A stretch of 64,000 nucleotides of DNA, from NCBI GenBank assembly GCA_964252035.1, contig OZ176206.1; one strand, 5' to 3'. Made by a program: the position numbers and the translations under genes. This document shows, one piece after another, positions 1-12,240 of this stretch (its first letter is position 1; each line of letters starts with the position of its first letter). The notes under the pieces were generated by a model, which was given only the letters and a program-made list of their open reading frames with translations, did no database searches and was not told where the DNA came from. The stretch is from Podarcis erhardii. Taxonomy: Eukaryota.

Positions 1-379
1 ATAAACCATGGAAAGCATATGGGGAAAACAGAGGTGTGGGTGACTTGATGAACTCTGGTGTTTTGTGCCTAATTTGTGAAACCATCAAGCTCGAAATCTA
101 GAGAAAGTGTAATTAAATAAACATTTCAGTTTTATTCCAGAAGTGCCTCCTTATCCTTTGAACCTCTGAGGATTGAGTGGACACTGGGCAGAAGTACAAT
201 ACCTAGCTGCTGTTTGATCATAAACGCTATGACAAATAGCTATTCGAGACCTCTTATGCATTAATAACAGGGAGTTTTTATCTAGTAAATCAGAAAATTG
301 GAAATTGGTCATGTTGCCCTGCTCTTATCTTCAGTGAGGGTCTCTTTCAACAACCCTTCTGCGTGGAGATGATTATTTC

Positions 380-965
380 AGCCAGTATCCATACTGGATT
401 TGAAATTGTTTTTATATTTGTAATTCTTTTAATATTACTCTTGGGGTTGGTCCAGAGGGTGCAACTGGTGCAGAATATGGCGGCTAGGTTGCTTGTAGTG
501 GGGAAACTACCACCAACATATAGCAGCACCCTGCTTCTGGGATTTGCACTTACTGCCAGTCTGTTACCAAACAAAGTTCAAACTGGGATACTAACATTTA
601 AGTCCCCACATAGCTGAGAACCAGGTTACTTGAGAGGCTGCCTATTTTGCATCCAACAGGCCACCATGGTCTGCAGGAGAGTTTAACCTGCATGTTCCAA
701 AAAACTCGGAAGCCCCTTCCACAGAAACTCGGAACAGGGCTTTTGTGTGGTTGACTCTTTTGTGGAAGAGCATACCTGTCCAGTTCTGCCAGGCACCCAC
801 TATCTGCACTTTCCAGAAACAACTGAAGGCATTTTTGTTCCGATGGCCATTCCCTAGCTGGATAAATATACTACGAGCCTTGTTTTAAATGTATTTGTTG
901 TTCTTGTGCTTTTAAATATCTTATGTGTAAACTCACCTCGAGACGACGGTTTAGAAGGCGATTAA
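380..965 (+). mobile_element. L2-type LINE 3' fragment (degenerate RT C-terminus plus AT-rich tail)
   Basis: Frames give VQLVQNMAARLL and LHLLPVCYQTKFK, matching the L2 C-terminal motifs LQLVQNAAARLL and LHWLPV..R..FK; frameshifted; boundaries approximate. Confidence 0.65.
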
Positions 966-1379
966 TTTATTACTCATTATAATGTAAATGATTTTAACTA
1001 TTTTTGTACATGCAGTTGTTTTAACTGTTTCACAGATTTTTTTTTTTATGGTATTGTGAAATTTCTCCAAGATGCTTTAAAGGAAGTAATTTGTGATAGA
1101 AATAATATGATAGCTGCATTAGTATGTAATGAGAGTGTCTATTAACGAACTATAAAGGAATTTATTCTGGCTTGCTGGGTAGACTTCCATCCTCCCTGTA
1201 AGACCCCTTTGGCCCTATCCCCGATCTGAGGCTATGTGCATTATTTTGCTAGCAGGTTCACGATTATGGAGCTATAATAACCAGAGCAAGCAAGCAAACC
1301 TTTAAAACAATACACAGAAATATTTCCTTCCCATTGACACTAACCCACCCCGCGCCCGCTTTATCACAGCGCCTCAAGA

Positions 1380-1634
1380 TGAGGGAACTACAATCCCCAT
1401 CAGGCCATAGGCACGGCGCATGCTCTGTGGGAGGGGAAGGGTAGGGGGGCGATGAAACCGCCGCACAGGCGCAGCTGAACATGCTGGGCTAGCTCCGCCT
1501 TCTTTCGCTTGCGGCTGAAGCTGCGATTGGCGGCTGGCGATGCTCGGGGAGTTTGGGCGGCTCCTGCGAAGCGTGTGTCTATGTGTGTGTGTCAGGCTAG
1601 GTAGAGCCGTGCAAGGCAAGGGACCGGCTGGAAG
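1380..1634 (+). promoter_or_regulatory. ZBTB8B: ZBTB8B promoter and probable non-coding exon 1
   Basis: CpG-rich; ZNF143/SBS-like ACTACAATCCCCA at 1387-1399; NRF1-like GCGCATGC; strong donor AAG|GTGAGC after 1634. Confidence 0.6.
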
Positions 1635-2653
1635 GTGAGCAGCACAGGGAGAATGGAAGCGGCTGCTACTGCGGTTTTTGGTGTTGCTGCTCCGCCTTTG
1701 CATTGAGGGGGAAGAGGAGGAAGCCTTTCCTGGCTAGCCGTGCGTGAGCATAGGTGGGCGCTGCCAGAAAGGGCCACTGCCCTTCCCCTCCTCCGGAGAC
1801 TGCTGGACCTGGCTGGTACCCGCCTCTTCTCCCCCCTCCCATTTCCCCCCATTACAGGCTTAATGGGGAGGGGGGAAGCATTGGCCCAAGAAGCCTATCC
1901 TGAGCTTCTCCTGTACCTGTGATATTTCATCTTCTGTAGAAATCAGAAGGAGGTGAAGGCTGTAACAGCAGAGAGAGAAACCTTTTTGTCACCTGTGAGC
2001 GTGTGTGTGTGTGTCTCCAGGCAAAGGTGCTGTTTGCTGGGGTAACGGAGCAAAAAGGGGGTGGGGAAAGTTGGCAGTGCTAGAAAGACATTGGAGCCAG
2101 CTTTGTATGAGAACTGCACATTTCCTCCTTGTCCTTGTAGTTCTGGGAGAGGTAGTGGAAGCACCCGTACCCTGGCTGCTCTTACGTCCTATGCTCCAAG
2201 GTTGAGATCTTATATCGAAAACAGTTGCCAGGGCTGAGTCTTGCATGAGGCTGAAGTGTGCTTTCGTGTGTGTCTTTGGGACTTGCTACTTAAAAGGAGA
2301 CCCGCTGGGGTTGAGACTCTGTGGCAAGCATGTGTGCGGTGACCTGGAATTTCCCACTGTAGGCAGATTCTGGGTGCTCATTAGGGAAGGGCAATCTGTA
2401 CAAGCTCAGAGGCACTGTCCCTGTTGCTTAGTGGCACTGAACCAATTTGAGACATTTGAAGTGGGAGCTGGATGGCACTTATTTTGCAGGTTGAAAGATC
2501 CATGCTCAAAGTGCTGGACTTGGTGTCCCTGAGCTTTACAGAGCTGTGATCTTGTGTTGCCTATGAAGGGAATTCTCTAGTGCTAAATTTCTAGGAACAA
2601 ATATGTGTGGGCAGCGTGTGGGTACCTTGATGGTAAGGGGAATACACTCTGTA

Positions 2654-2879
2654 CAGTGGTACCTCGGGTTAAGTACTTAATTCATTCCGGAGGTCCGTTC
2701 TTAACCTGAGACTATTCTTAACCTGAAGCACCACTTTACTGAATGGGGCCTCCTGCTCCCGCTGCGCCGCCAGAACACAATTTCTGTTCTCATCCTGAAG
2801 CAAAGTTCTTAACCTGAGGTATTATTTCTGGGTTAGCGGAGTCTGTAACCTGAAGCGTATGTAACCCGCGGTACCACTG
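2654..2879. mobile_element. Tc1/mariner (Tigger-like) MITE
   Basis: TIRs CAGTGGTACC...GGTACCACTG flanked by TA on both sides; second copy in opposite orientation at 57675-57916. Confidence 0.9.
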
Positions 2880-3031
2880 TACATGCTTTGGGGCTCTTTA
2901 TTTTACTTCTCTTAAGTCCTTGCATTTCCAAAAGTGTGTTCTGTATTCATCATTTTGGTTTGGTCTGTGGCTGTACTGGCATTTTTGTAAAATGCACTGT
3001 TTGCATACAGTGAGGGTGGGACAGAGGATAG

Positions 3032-3165
3032 AGGCATAGGCAAACTTGGCCCTCCAGATGTTTTGGGACTACAACTCCCACCATCCCTAGCTAACAGGAC
3101 AAGTGGTCAGGGATGATGGGAATTGTAGGCTCAAAACATCTGGAGGGCCGAGTTTGCCTATGCCT
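3032..3165. mobile_element. Palindromic hAT-type MITE (about 135 bp)
   Basis: TIRs AGGCATAGGCAAACT / AGTTTGCCTATGCCT; near-identical copies at 28373-28508 and 35481-35616. Confidence 0.85.
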
Positions 3166-3289
3166 GGGATAGTGTGATAAGTTTGGTCCCCTGGATTGTC
3201 AAGGCTACCTTCTTGCCAACACATGTTGCAGTCCTCACTTATACTTGCATGCTCTCAAATTTAGAAGAAAATGAGATCTTATTCTATGT

Positions 3290-3550
3290 GCTGACTTTGT
3301 TGGCATCCATTTGTCTCAAGGGACAAAGGACTGCTCCTCTGGGAGTGAAGTCAAACCACTGTGTTAGCAGCACTTAAGTGACCTCCCTGGGGCGCAAGCC
3401 TGGGCAATGTGTATGGAGGACCTGGGCAGCCCAGACAACAATAACCCCTCCACCTCTGAGCCTAACTGATGTCCAGAGGAAAACAATGGGCACCAGCTTG
3501 GTTGCAGGACTTGCCAGAAGGAGGCATATAAGGTGCCATCCAACTTAGGG
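3290..3550 (+). mobile_element. Unclassified interspersed repeat (probable LINE 3' end or SINE)
   Basis: Clear similarity to 44590-44790 (gtgtatggagg.cctgggc.gcccaga...cttgg.tgcagga.ttgccagaa). Confidence 0.6.
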
Positions 3551-3986
3551 ACTAATATCTGGATTTGTGTAGGGTTTAGTCCTTCTCCTAAAAATATCCT
3601 GCAAGGCAGTGGAGGTTTAGGATCAGAATTTCCTTCTCCCATCTCTCGCTGGCTTCCCTCTACAGCTTATGCAGAAACCACCTTCTTGACTGTTGGACCC
3701 AGTATTGGTCTTGTTCGCTCAATCCTCCAGAGCCTGTCTTCACATGCAAGGCAGTCCCTAACTCATGGAGGGTTTGAGGCCCATCAGCTACCATCACCTG
3801 GTTTAGCTGGCCAGTGGAAGCTGTTCCCAGGTAGTGGCTGTTGTCACATGCTGACAGTTTCTAGGAGCCATAGCTGAGAGCTGAGTTCAGGGTAGGGACT
3901 AAAGGTGGACAGACCACCCTAGAAAAGCATGATGTGTCCCCCAGCTGAGGTATTGCCCCACCCCTAATATCCCATACACCCCTGTA

Positions 3987-4228
3987 CAGTGGTACCTTGG
4001 TTGTCGAACTTAATCCATTCTGGGAGTCCTTTGGACTCCTGGAACCGTTCGAAAACCAAGGTGCGGCTTCTGATTGGCTGCAGGAGCTTCCTGCACTCAA
4101 TCAGAAGCCGCATTGGATGTTTGGCTTCCAAAAAATGTTCGCAAACCAGAACACTTACTTCCGGGTTTGTGGTGTTTGGGAGCCGATTTGTTTGGGAGCC
4201 AAGCCATTCAACAACCAAGGTACCACTG
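3987..4228. mobile_element. Tc1/mariner MITE
   Basis: 17-bp perfect TIR CAGTGGTACCTTGGTTG / CAACCAAGGTACCACTG with TA duplication. Confidence 0.9.
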
Positions 4229-6228
4229 TACTGACTGCAGCAACACTAATGTGGTGGTTTCAGGGATGAAACTCATCTATAATCTCAAAAGGAATTTATA
4301 GTTGCATGCCTTGATTCTCTTGCCTGCAAAATGGGTGCCTCATCCCAACTGTGTTTCTCTCATTTTTATTCTAGTAATAGCAAAGAAAGAAGGCTACCAT
4401 TGTGTCAGTCACACAATAAATGTGATTTTCCCCCTGCCATTTATTCTTAACCTCTGTAGTGAGGACTGTTTTCTTCTGTCTGCAGCCAATTTGTGAAGGA
4501 AAATAGGTTTGGAATAGTTATGGCAAAAAAAGTGTGGAAAGTGAGATTTCTGGAGATTATTAAGGAGAGTTAGACTGGAAAAGCGGAGGTGAGGGGCACT
4601 GAAGGAGATGTGGTAGCTCAGAACTGACAAAAGCATGCAAGTATTTCAGGGGTGAAAAGGCTGAGTGATCTCCCGGATGCTCCAGTTTTTGGTGTGTGTT
4701 TTCCTTGCTGGCTGTGCTGAAAATTCTTTGTTCCTAGGACTGACTGGCTTCCCCTGGAGGGTTATGCTACACAAGCCACATGGTTGAGGAGGAAGAAGAG
4801 TCTGCTTGGGTCCTAATGCCCTCTCTGTAAAAGGGTGACCTTGCATAGTTTTGGACTCTCTCAAGAGGAATGTAGCGAGAGAAGCTGCATTCCTGTTCCC
4901 ACTTTCTCCTCTCCTTCAGGCACAGTAATTAGATAGCTCATTAAAAAGCACAGGTTTTTCTCTTTACTTCTCCATTCCACTTGTGCATTTTAAGAACTCA
5001 TATATGGACAAATCAGTCCTATAATCCTGGTACGTCAGCTGGCTGCTTAACACCCCTGAACATTGCTGGCACTTAATTGGGTTCCAGTGCATGTTCAGCA
5101 CAAAAGTTGTGAAGAGCAGAATACCACCACAACCTGCACCCTCAGCACCTGTGACAGCATTGCCAACTCTCGCAAATTATGGCCTGGTTCAGTGATGGCA
5201 CCCTTGTGAGCTCGGTGGTGGTGAGAGTACTCAATGAATGTGCCAGAAAGATACAGTGTTGTTGTAAGAATGTTGTTTATCGGTCCATCTTTGTCTTTAG
5301 CGTCTTATGCCAGAAATAAATATGTTGTTCAGCTTTGAGTACCAATGTTGTGAGGTGGGGTGGGTACCAGAATTTCTGCCATGCAAAGGATTTGCAGTGA
5401 TTTGTGCTGATGAATTTGACACCAGTTCAGATTCAGGCCTATCTGCCTTTTGTGGCAACTTAAGGGCTCCTAAAATATGTTAAATGGTGAAGGAGTTGAT
5501 AGCCAGACTGGGAAATGCATTTTTCTGCCTGCAACTGTGGAGAGCATCTTTTGGACCAGACAGTAGTGAGCTAGAGATGAACCAGTTGTCCAACTTGTAA
5601 TTGGGCAGTTCCATACATTAATAGATCATTGAAAGCAACTTTTAGCATAATGTGTGAATTGGTAATGAATGCTGGCAAACCCCTGAATGGATACAATTCT
5701 CCTAAGTCAAGTCATTTTCAGACAATCTCATGCTAATTTGTCTGTGGGGAGATTAGATGATGTTGCATCAAGCAAATGTTATCTCACACGATTTCCTCTC
5801 ACTTCACACAAAAAGTTCAAAGTGGGTTTGTTGTTGAAGAGCTCCAGAGCAACTTCAAATGCACTTCCTGAATTTGCCAATATTTGATTGGATCTCACCC
5901 GAAAATATCAGTAGTCTGAAAGCGCCCTAATGTGCTCAGCTTCTGGTTGAGGTGATGTGTTCAATATAGGCCAATGTAGATGAAGTATTCAGATTACTGG
6001 GTTTTTAAAGGTTTATTGCCAGCGTATGCATCAGCTGTTCTGGCTGGAATTTTTCTCTGGTCCTCAAGTTTTCCAGATTCAGTTCTGTGTGCCTTGGAGG
6101 GGTGCGGAGATACACTGCTGTGGGGAGGGACTTGATCTCTGTGCACAAAAGGAAAGGCATTTCTGTGCTGATGTTCTGTTCCTGCATTTTCTTTCAGAGT
6201 CAAGAGGTAGTTCTTTGCTGTATGAGCA

Positions 6229-9200
6229 ATGGAGATGCAATCTTACTACACCAAACTCTTGGGAGAGCTCAATGAGCAGCGGAAGAGGGACTTCTTTTGT
6301 GACTGTAGCATCATTGTAGAGGGGAGGATTTTCAAAGCCCACAAAAACATTCTGTTTGCCAACAGTGGTTACTTCAGAGCTTTGCTGATCCACTACATCC
6401 AAGACAGTGGCCGACACAGCACTGCTTCCCTGGACATTGTTACATCAGAGGCCTTCTCAATTATCCTGGACTTCCTTTATTCAGGGAAGTTGGATCTTTG
6501 TGGGGAAAACGTGATTGAAGTTATGTCTGCAGCCAGTTACCTGCAGATGACTGATGTTGTCAACTTCTGCAAGACATACATCAGGTCGTCACTGGACATC
6601 TGCAGGAAAATAGAGAGAGAAGCTGCCTTTTATCAGGCTGACAGTGGGAGCTCTAGTTCTGCTCGAGAGGGCACGTCATATGGGGCAAAGAGCCAGTGCT
6701 CAGCGTCAGTTTCATCTCTGCAGGAGAAAGAGAGGGTTCCAGATTGCCAGCGAGACCCTCCCTGCGGGGAATGTTGTAGCTGCCACCCCATTCAGCTTGT
6801 AGTGCGGGACCCTGTAAGCAGTGACTCTCCAGATGACACAAATTCTTCACTGCCCAAAGTGGTAGAACCCAAAGTAGAGTTTGATGCAGACGAAGTGGAA
6901 GTGGAAGTTGGCGAGCGACTACAGCAGTACCCAACACCGCTGACGATTGAGCAGATAGAGGAGGGGCTCCATAGTGGCCAGGCCATGGACCTGGCATGCA
7001 ACAACTATCACATGAAGCAGTTTTTAGAAGCTCTGCTGCGCAACAGTGCAGCCCAGAGGAAGGACGATGTGGTCCATCATTTTGTCCGTGGGTTTGAGGG
7101 TAGGCCAGAGGATGCAGGAGTGCCCATGAGTTCCATGGTGGACATTCACAATGACTGGTATGGAGAGGATGCAGGTGAGATCAGATCCCATGAGGCTGGA
7201 TGAGATTCCTCTGTTGCCGGGGATAGCTTTCTGGATGAAACTGTAGGTAGTTATACCTGCAAGGGGGAGTGGGGGAAAGACAGCAAAGAATAAACATACA
7301 CCCTGTTTTGATGACTTGTAACATTGCCTTGGTAGTGCACAGTACCAAGAGTTCACTTTCATTAGGGCCAACCAGAATGTCACAAAATCATGAGCAAGTT
7401 TTTCAGAACGGGCTGGATATTGGGCAAAAAGGGGTGGGGTGGGCAAGGGGCTGCAGGAGAGAAAAGGAGGAGGGTACAATATACAAGCCTACAAATCTAC
7501 AGCACGTAACAGTCTTAAACCCAAGAGCAGAAGTCTGTTAACCAGACTGAATTAGCTGAGACTTTGCTTGGTGCAAAACAGATTTCAGGTGGTACTGAGG
7601 AATGTTGGGAAAAAAGAAGCAATTACTATATGTCCCTTTATATATATTTTAAAAGCCTCAAACAGTTCCCTGGGTCTGTCTCCAGCACCAAATGGAATGC
7701 AGGGGTCTTTTGTAAGCAGGTTAAGAATTCCATTGTGTTCTTTTTGTTAGCAAAGATGGAGAATAATTTTAGATGGTACACTAAACAGTAATTCAAAGCC
7801 AAATTAGGTGGCATCACTTCAAGGTTGGAGAGCATATATAGCCTAATGCCCCCCTCCCCCAATGTTCTAGCTTCAGGTCGTAAAATACCTTTTTTCTTTC
7901 AGTTTGAAGATTTCTCTCCTGGAAGGTTAATAGAGTAATCCTATTCGAGTTTACTCCAAAGTAAGTCCCATAGAATTAATTGCAGCAGGAAATTGCTGGA
8001 CTGCAGACTTTTGGTACAAATAAGCACTGTTTATAACAAGCTTGAAATATCAAGCCTTGGGTGAGCAGGCACAAACATCCTTATGAATAAAAAGCAATTT
8101 TTGTAGCATTTATTTTCTGCTGTTGATGTGCAGAAAAATGGTTTGCAGTAGTATGTTGAGGCTGGGCAGGCTAGTAAAAAAATCATGAAAATGCATTTTC
8201 CCAGGACAAGAGTTGCTATGTTTCTGTGTGGAATTTGGATGCATTTTCCCCAAAGAAAGCAGGGGAAATCCCTCCTTTTGCAAGGAGATTACATTTCCTT
8301 AGTTTCTTCTTGACCCAGCGCCCTCCAGTTTTTTTGGACTATAACTTCTTGGTTGGGGTTGATGGGAGTTGTAGTCCAAAACATTTGAAGGCCACCAGGT
8401 TGGAGGAAGGCTGCACTAAGGGAATCCCCACCACACCTTGATGCTGTGTCAGCTGTAGCAGTAGTGTTGTGTGGCATGTGTGCGACATGGCTAATAATAC
8501 ACAGCAAAACAATGTCCTCTTTCTCCCTCATGTATTCTAAACCACAAAAATTTGTGCCTTTCTTCAGTTACCAGCATTTTAAATTCTGACGCTACTTCAA
8601 AAACAGTGAGTTGACACCTCTGAAATGCTTCTCTTTCCAAAGGTGATGTGCTGGTGGTGCCGATCAAGCTGCACAAGTGCCCATTCTGCCCATACACGGC
8701 CAAACAGAAAGGGATCCTGAAGCGGCACATCCGTTCGCACACGGGCGAGAGGCCCTACCCATGCGAGATATGCGGCAAGCGCTTCACACGGCAGGAGCAC
8801 CTCCGGAGTCATGCTCTGAGTGTAAGTCAGAGATGTGCAACAAGAGGCGAGTTAAAGAGTAAGCTAAATTGTGGGGTGGCTGGTGCTGCTGTCACTCCCA
8901 GGACTCTGACAGCAGAATCCTTAACACCCGTTGATTTTAAAAAGCAGACTTCAACTAGTGCTAATACGCCCAGGAACCTCACCAAAATGCTGGAGAGGAT
9001 GCCCCTCCACAGGCACATACCTCCACATGTGGTGGGAATGTTCCAAAGTCCAACTATTCTGGACAACAACCATACGAGAAATATTCAAAATAACTAAGCA
9101 AGTATTAGAAGTCACCCCAGAACTCGCCCTACTAAACATCTTCCAAGATAATAATGCCCACTACATCATAAAGAGCTCATAACCCACTTACTCTGAGCAG

Positions 9201-11234
9201 CCAGAAACATCATATCCAGACACTGGAGAGACCTGTCAGGAGTAAGCATGGACCAATAGTACCAAATAGTATGGGAAACAGCCCTATTAGAAAAACTAAT
9301 CAATAAATTGAAACTGACACGGGGACAAATAGAAGAAGTCGCCTTCTTTCTCCCTCGCCTTCTCCACAGCCTGCCACGCCAAAGTAGATTCCTGCATCGA
9401 TTCCTGAACGGCTTCTGTATAGATGTTCACTCTTTGTCCCAAATTAGTCACTTTTTGTCCCAAGTTATCAATTTTAATAGTCATCAAATCCGTCTTCTTG
9501 TGGAGCTGTTCCAATGAATCACTTATCTTACATGATGCAATCACTAAGGCTTCTTCTGTCGACATTCTTAACCTATCCAAGGTCAATCCCTGGTTTTCAC
9601 GGTTTTTTATCTTGCAGCTGGAGATTCCACCAGCTCAACTCTTGTAACAGTTTCAAAGGCTCCCTCTAGAGGGAAACAATTTCTATTTCTATCAATCCTT
9701 TTAAGCACAGTTCAAGCAATAAAATTAGTTTCAATTTTCAGTTACTTTTACTCCTTTTTAAACGCAAAAGGAGACAATGGAAACAATGTATTTCTCTTAT
9801 TTAGCTAGCTGTCAAGATACGTTTTATTCACAGTCAATGAACTTCCCAAAACGTCAGTCTTACTAGCAGCCCGCTTCCAGGTTCAGAGCGGTGGTAATTT
9901 AACTTTCTTCACTCCTGCAGGTTTACGCGATCCCAAATTCCCCCCCCCTTCTCCTGCTTCCAAGGGGGGTTTAATGATTTTAGCCGATGGAAATTTAATC
10001 CTTTACAGAGGGCTTTCCAAGACTTTAGCTTGCAAGCTCTTTGCTTCAATCTATTTACAAAAGGGAGAGGCGGACTTCCTGTTTGAAACCTCCCCATTTC
10101 AGTGCCAAATTAAGACGTTTAAAAATCCAGTTTTCCGTTCTACTCACGGGTAGTTGTTTAGGATCAAATTGTCCACAGGAAAAACTCAGCGCTCTCCGGC
10201 AACAGCAGTGCGGCTTCACTCCGTGAAAGAAGCAGTCAATTCGAAGCACCGCGCCACTCACCCCACGTCGCTGCGGATCCACGAAACCGGGTCTCCCCGT
10301 GAGTAGGGGAGGCGCAAAAGGTGCCAGCCGAATCCCACGTTCACAGGCTTCTCCCGCCTGTGGTTTTTAGTGGGTCTCCGCCTTTGCCGTGGCGGTCAGA
10401 CCCTGATTTCCACGGAGCAAATTCCTCCCGATCAGAGGAATTCTGCCATTGTCGGAGGCGCCAACCCGGAAGTCTCTAAAAAAAATACCTCTGGTTTCTC
10501 TTCAGATCATATAAATCTTTCGCCTTTTATTAAAAAAGCAGACTTCAAACCACTTGTAGGAAACTCTGCCCCTACCCCCCAGTATAATTGGGCCTGGCAT
10601 GGCGCTGACTTTTGCCCAGGAGATGATTTTCCCCAAACTGATAGCCACCTGCTCCACACCTGGCATTGTATGTGGCAACCATTTTGACGTCCACTTTGTC
10701 GATTTTCAGGTGGGGTTTGGATTCAAACCGCCCCTGGAAATGGACTTTTGCCCTGATCAGCAGTTAGATGGATCCCTTCTGAAACTTGATAGGTGGTTGG
10801 GGCTGCTGACTTGTCAAAATTGATCTGTGGGGAGTGCAGAGCCTGGCCAGAAGGCCAGATCCAGTTCAACCTGTCATTCTTGTGCCAGCCACTGACCCTT
10901 CCTGCTTTGTGTCACGATGCTCTAGGTCCATCGGTCAAACAAGCCAATCATCTGCAAGGGCTGCAGGAGAACGTTTACAAGCAGCCTGTCCCAAGGCTTG
11001 CGCCGCTTTGGATTGTGCGACAGCTGCACTTGTGTCACGACTACGCACGAGGATTCGATGCCCATTAACCTCAGTCTGATGGAACCTTCGTCTGAAGGCC
11101 AAGAAAAGAGCGACCCAGACAACGATTGGCCCATCTATGTGGAATCTGGTGATGAAAACGACCCCCCTGAAGATGATGATGCTGACCCTGATCCTGACGA
11201 CAAGCCGGATCTCCACCGAGAAGCACTTATGTAG
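6229..11234 (+). CDS. ZBTB8B: Zinc finger and BTB domain-containing protein 8B, 477 aa; coding exons 6229-7174, 8643-8821, 10926-11234
   Basis: N-terminal BTB ([26 protein letters not shown]...), two C2H2 fingers with TGERPY linker, acidic tail [11 protein letters not shown]; GT/AG junctions with phases 1 and 0 give a 1434-nt open CDS. Confidence 0.95.
8955..9349 (+). mobile_element. L1 ORF2 C-terminal fragment in the last ZBTB8B intron
   Basis: [25 protein letters not shown] matches the L1 ORF2 cysteine-rich C-terminus; later in-frame stops. Confidence 0.8.
9350..10476 (-). mobile_element. Probable L1 5'UTR plus ORF1 N-terminal coiled-coil fragment, antisense to ZBTB8B
   Basis: Minus ORF 9586->9350 with heptad-like [30 protein letters not shown]; CpG-rich upstream segment starting near ACTTCCGG (CCGGAAGT at 10466-10473 on +). 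Confidence 0.55.
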
Positions 11235-11589
11235 CAGCAAAAAGAGGGTGGGGAGATGTAAATTCTTTTTCTTATTTGATTTGTCATCTTGACAGCCGGA
11301 AAACTGCATATTTATCCCAAGTTGTGAAGTTTGTGGGGGTTTTTTATATGAATAAATTCCATTTCCTAGAACAGGTAGGAACAACTGGACTTTTAAAATT
11401 CTGAAATGTCTTTTTAACTTGTTAGTGCTGTGCGCTACACCTTTGAAAGGAATTGTGTGTCCAGGCTGAGCAGAGGCTATGTTCCTTGCAGACCTTCTTC
11501 CATCCTTTGGATATGAGGCCAGGCTTTGTCCCTTTATGGCCAGTAATCTTCCATGTTCCTGTGATCTTGCCTCTCCCCCCCCCCCCCCC

Positions 11590-11622
11590 AGTTTCTCCCT
11601 CTCCCTCTCCCTCTCCCTCTCC
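11590..11622. repeat. (CTCTCC)n microsatellite next to a poly-C run
   Basis: Direct reading. Confidence 0.85.
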
Positions 11623-12059
11623 TCTCAGGATCTGGGTCTCAAACTTAATTCTGAGCTGCTGCTCTCTTTCCTGGACTTTTAATTCTACCTTAGAAATGTA
11701 GATGAGGACTTGATCAATGCAAACAAGGCTAAAAGTCCACCACCATTAAAGCATATCCAAGAATGAACAGTTGTGTATACATAAATCTAGAAATGGCTCT
11801 TTTTATACAGTATTTTATTTTATACTGTATGTTTATAAAAAGTAAATACTGACACTTCTGTTCATCCTCAAGAAACTTGCAAGGAAGGTATCTAGTCAGG
11901 CAGCAGATAAACAGCATGCAGATTTCTGTGGCAACCTTCTTGAGGGTCTGAGCCATTCAACCAGGCACTGACCGTTTTTTGTAGTGCTTGAACCATAAAA
12001 GGCCTTTCAGGGTTAGGCCATATATCTACTATGAGCTGCAAACTTTTGACATGTTTTGA

Positions 12060-12240
12060 AGTGGGACCATAACTCAGTGGTACAGAAAGTCCCAGGTAGG
12101 ATCCTGGCAACATCACCAGCTAGAAGGATCAGGTAGCAGCAGGCAGTAGGAAAAGAAGTCACTGCCTGAGGCCCCACCCTGGAGAGGAACTGCTGCTGCT
12201 GTCACAAATCAGCATAGAAAATAATAATAGGCTGGGTGGA
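12060..12240 (+). mobile_element. Degenerate Squam3-like tRNA-derived SINE
   Basis: ggaccataactcagtggt...gtcccaggt...cctggagag..ctgctg, similar to 23809-23988. Confidence 0.5.

Noticed and set aside
363-617. 84-aa ORF with a transmembrane-like stretch
   Set aside because: Contains the L2 RT motif VQLVQNMAARLL and continues in a shifted frame; a LINE remnant
8648-9097. 149-aa ORF extending the ZBTB8B zinc fingers
   Set aside because: Read-through past a perfect GTAAGT donor (8822) into intron and L1 sequence; the true continuation is at 10926
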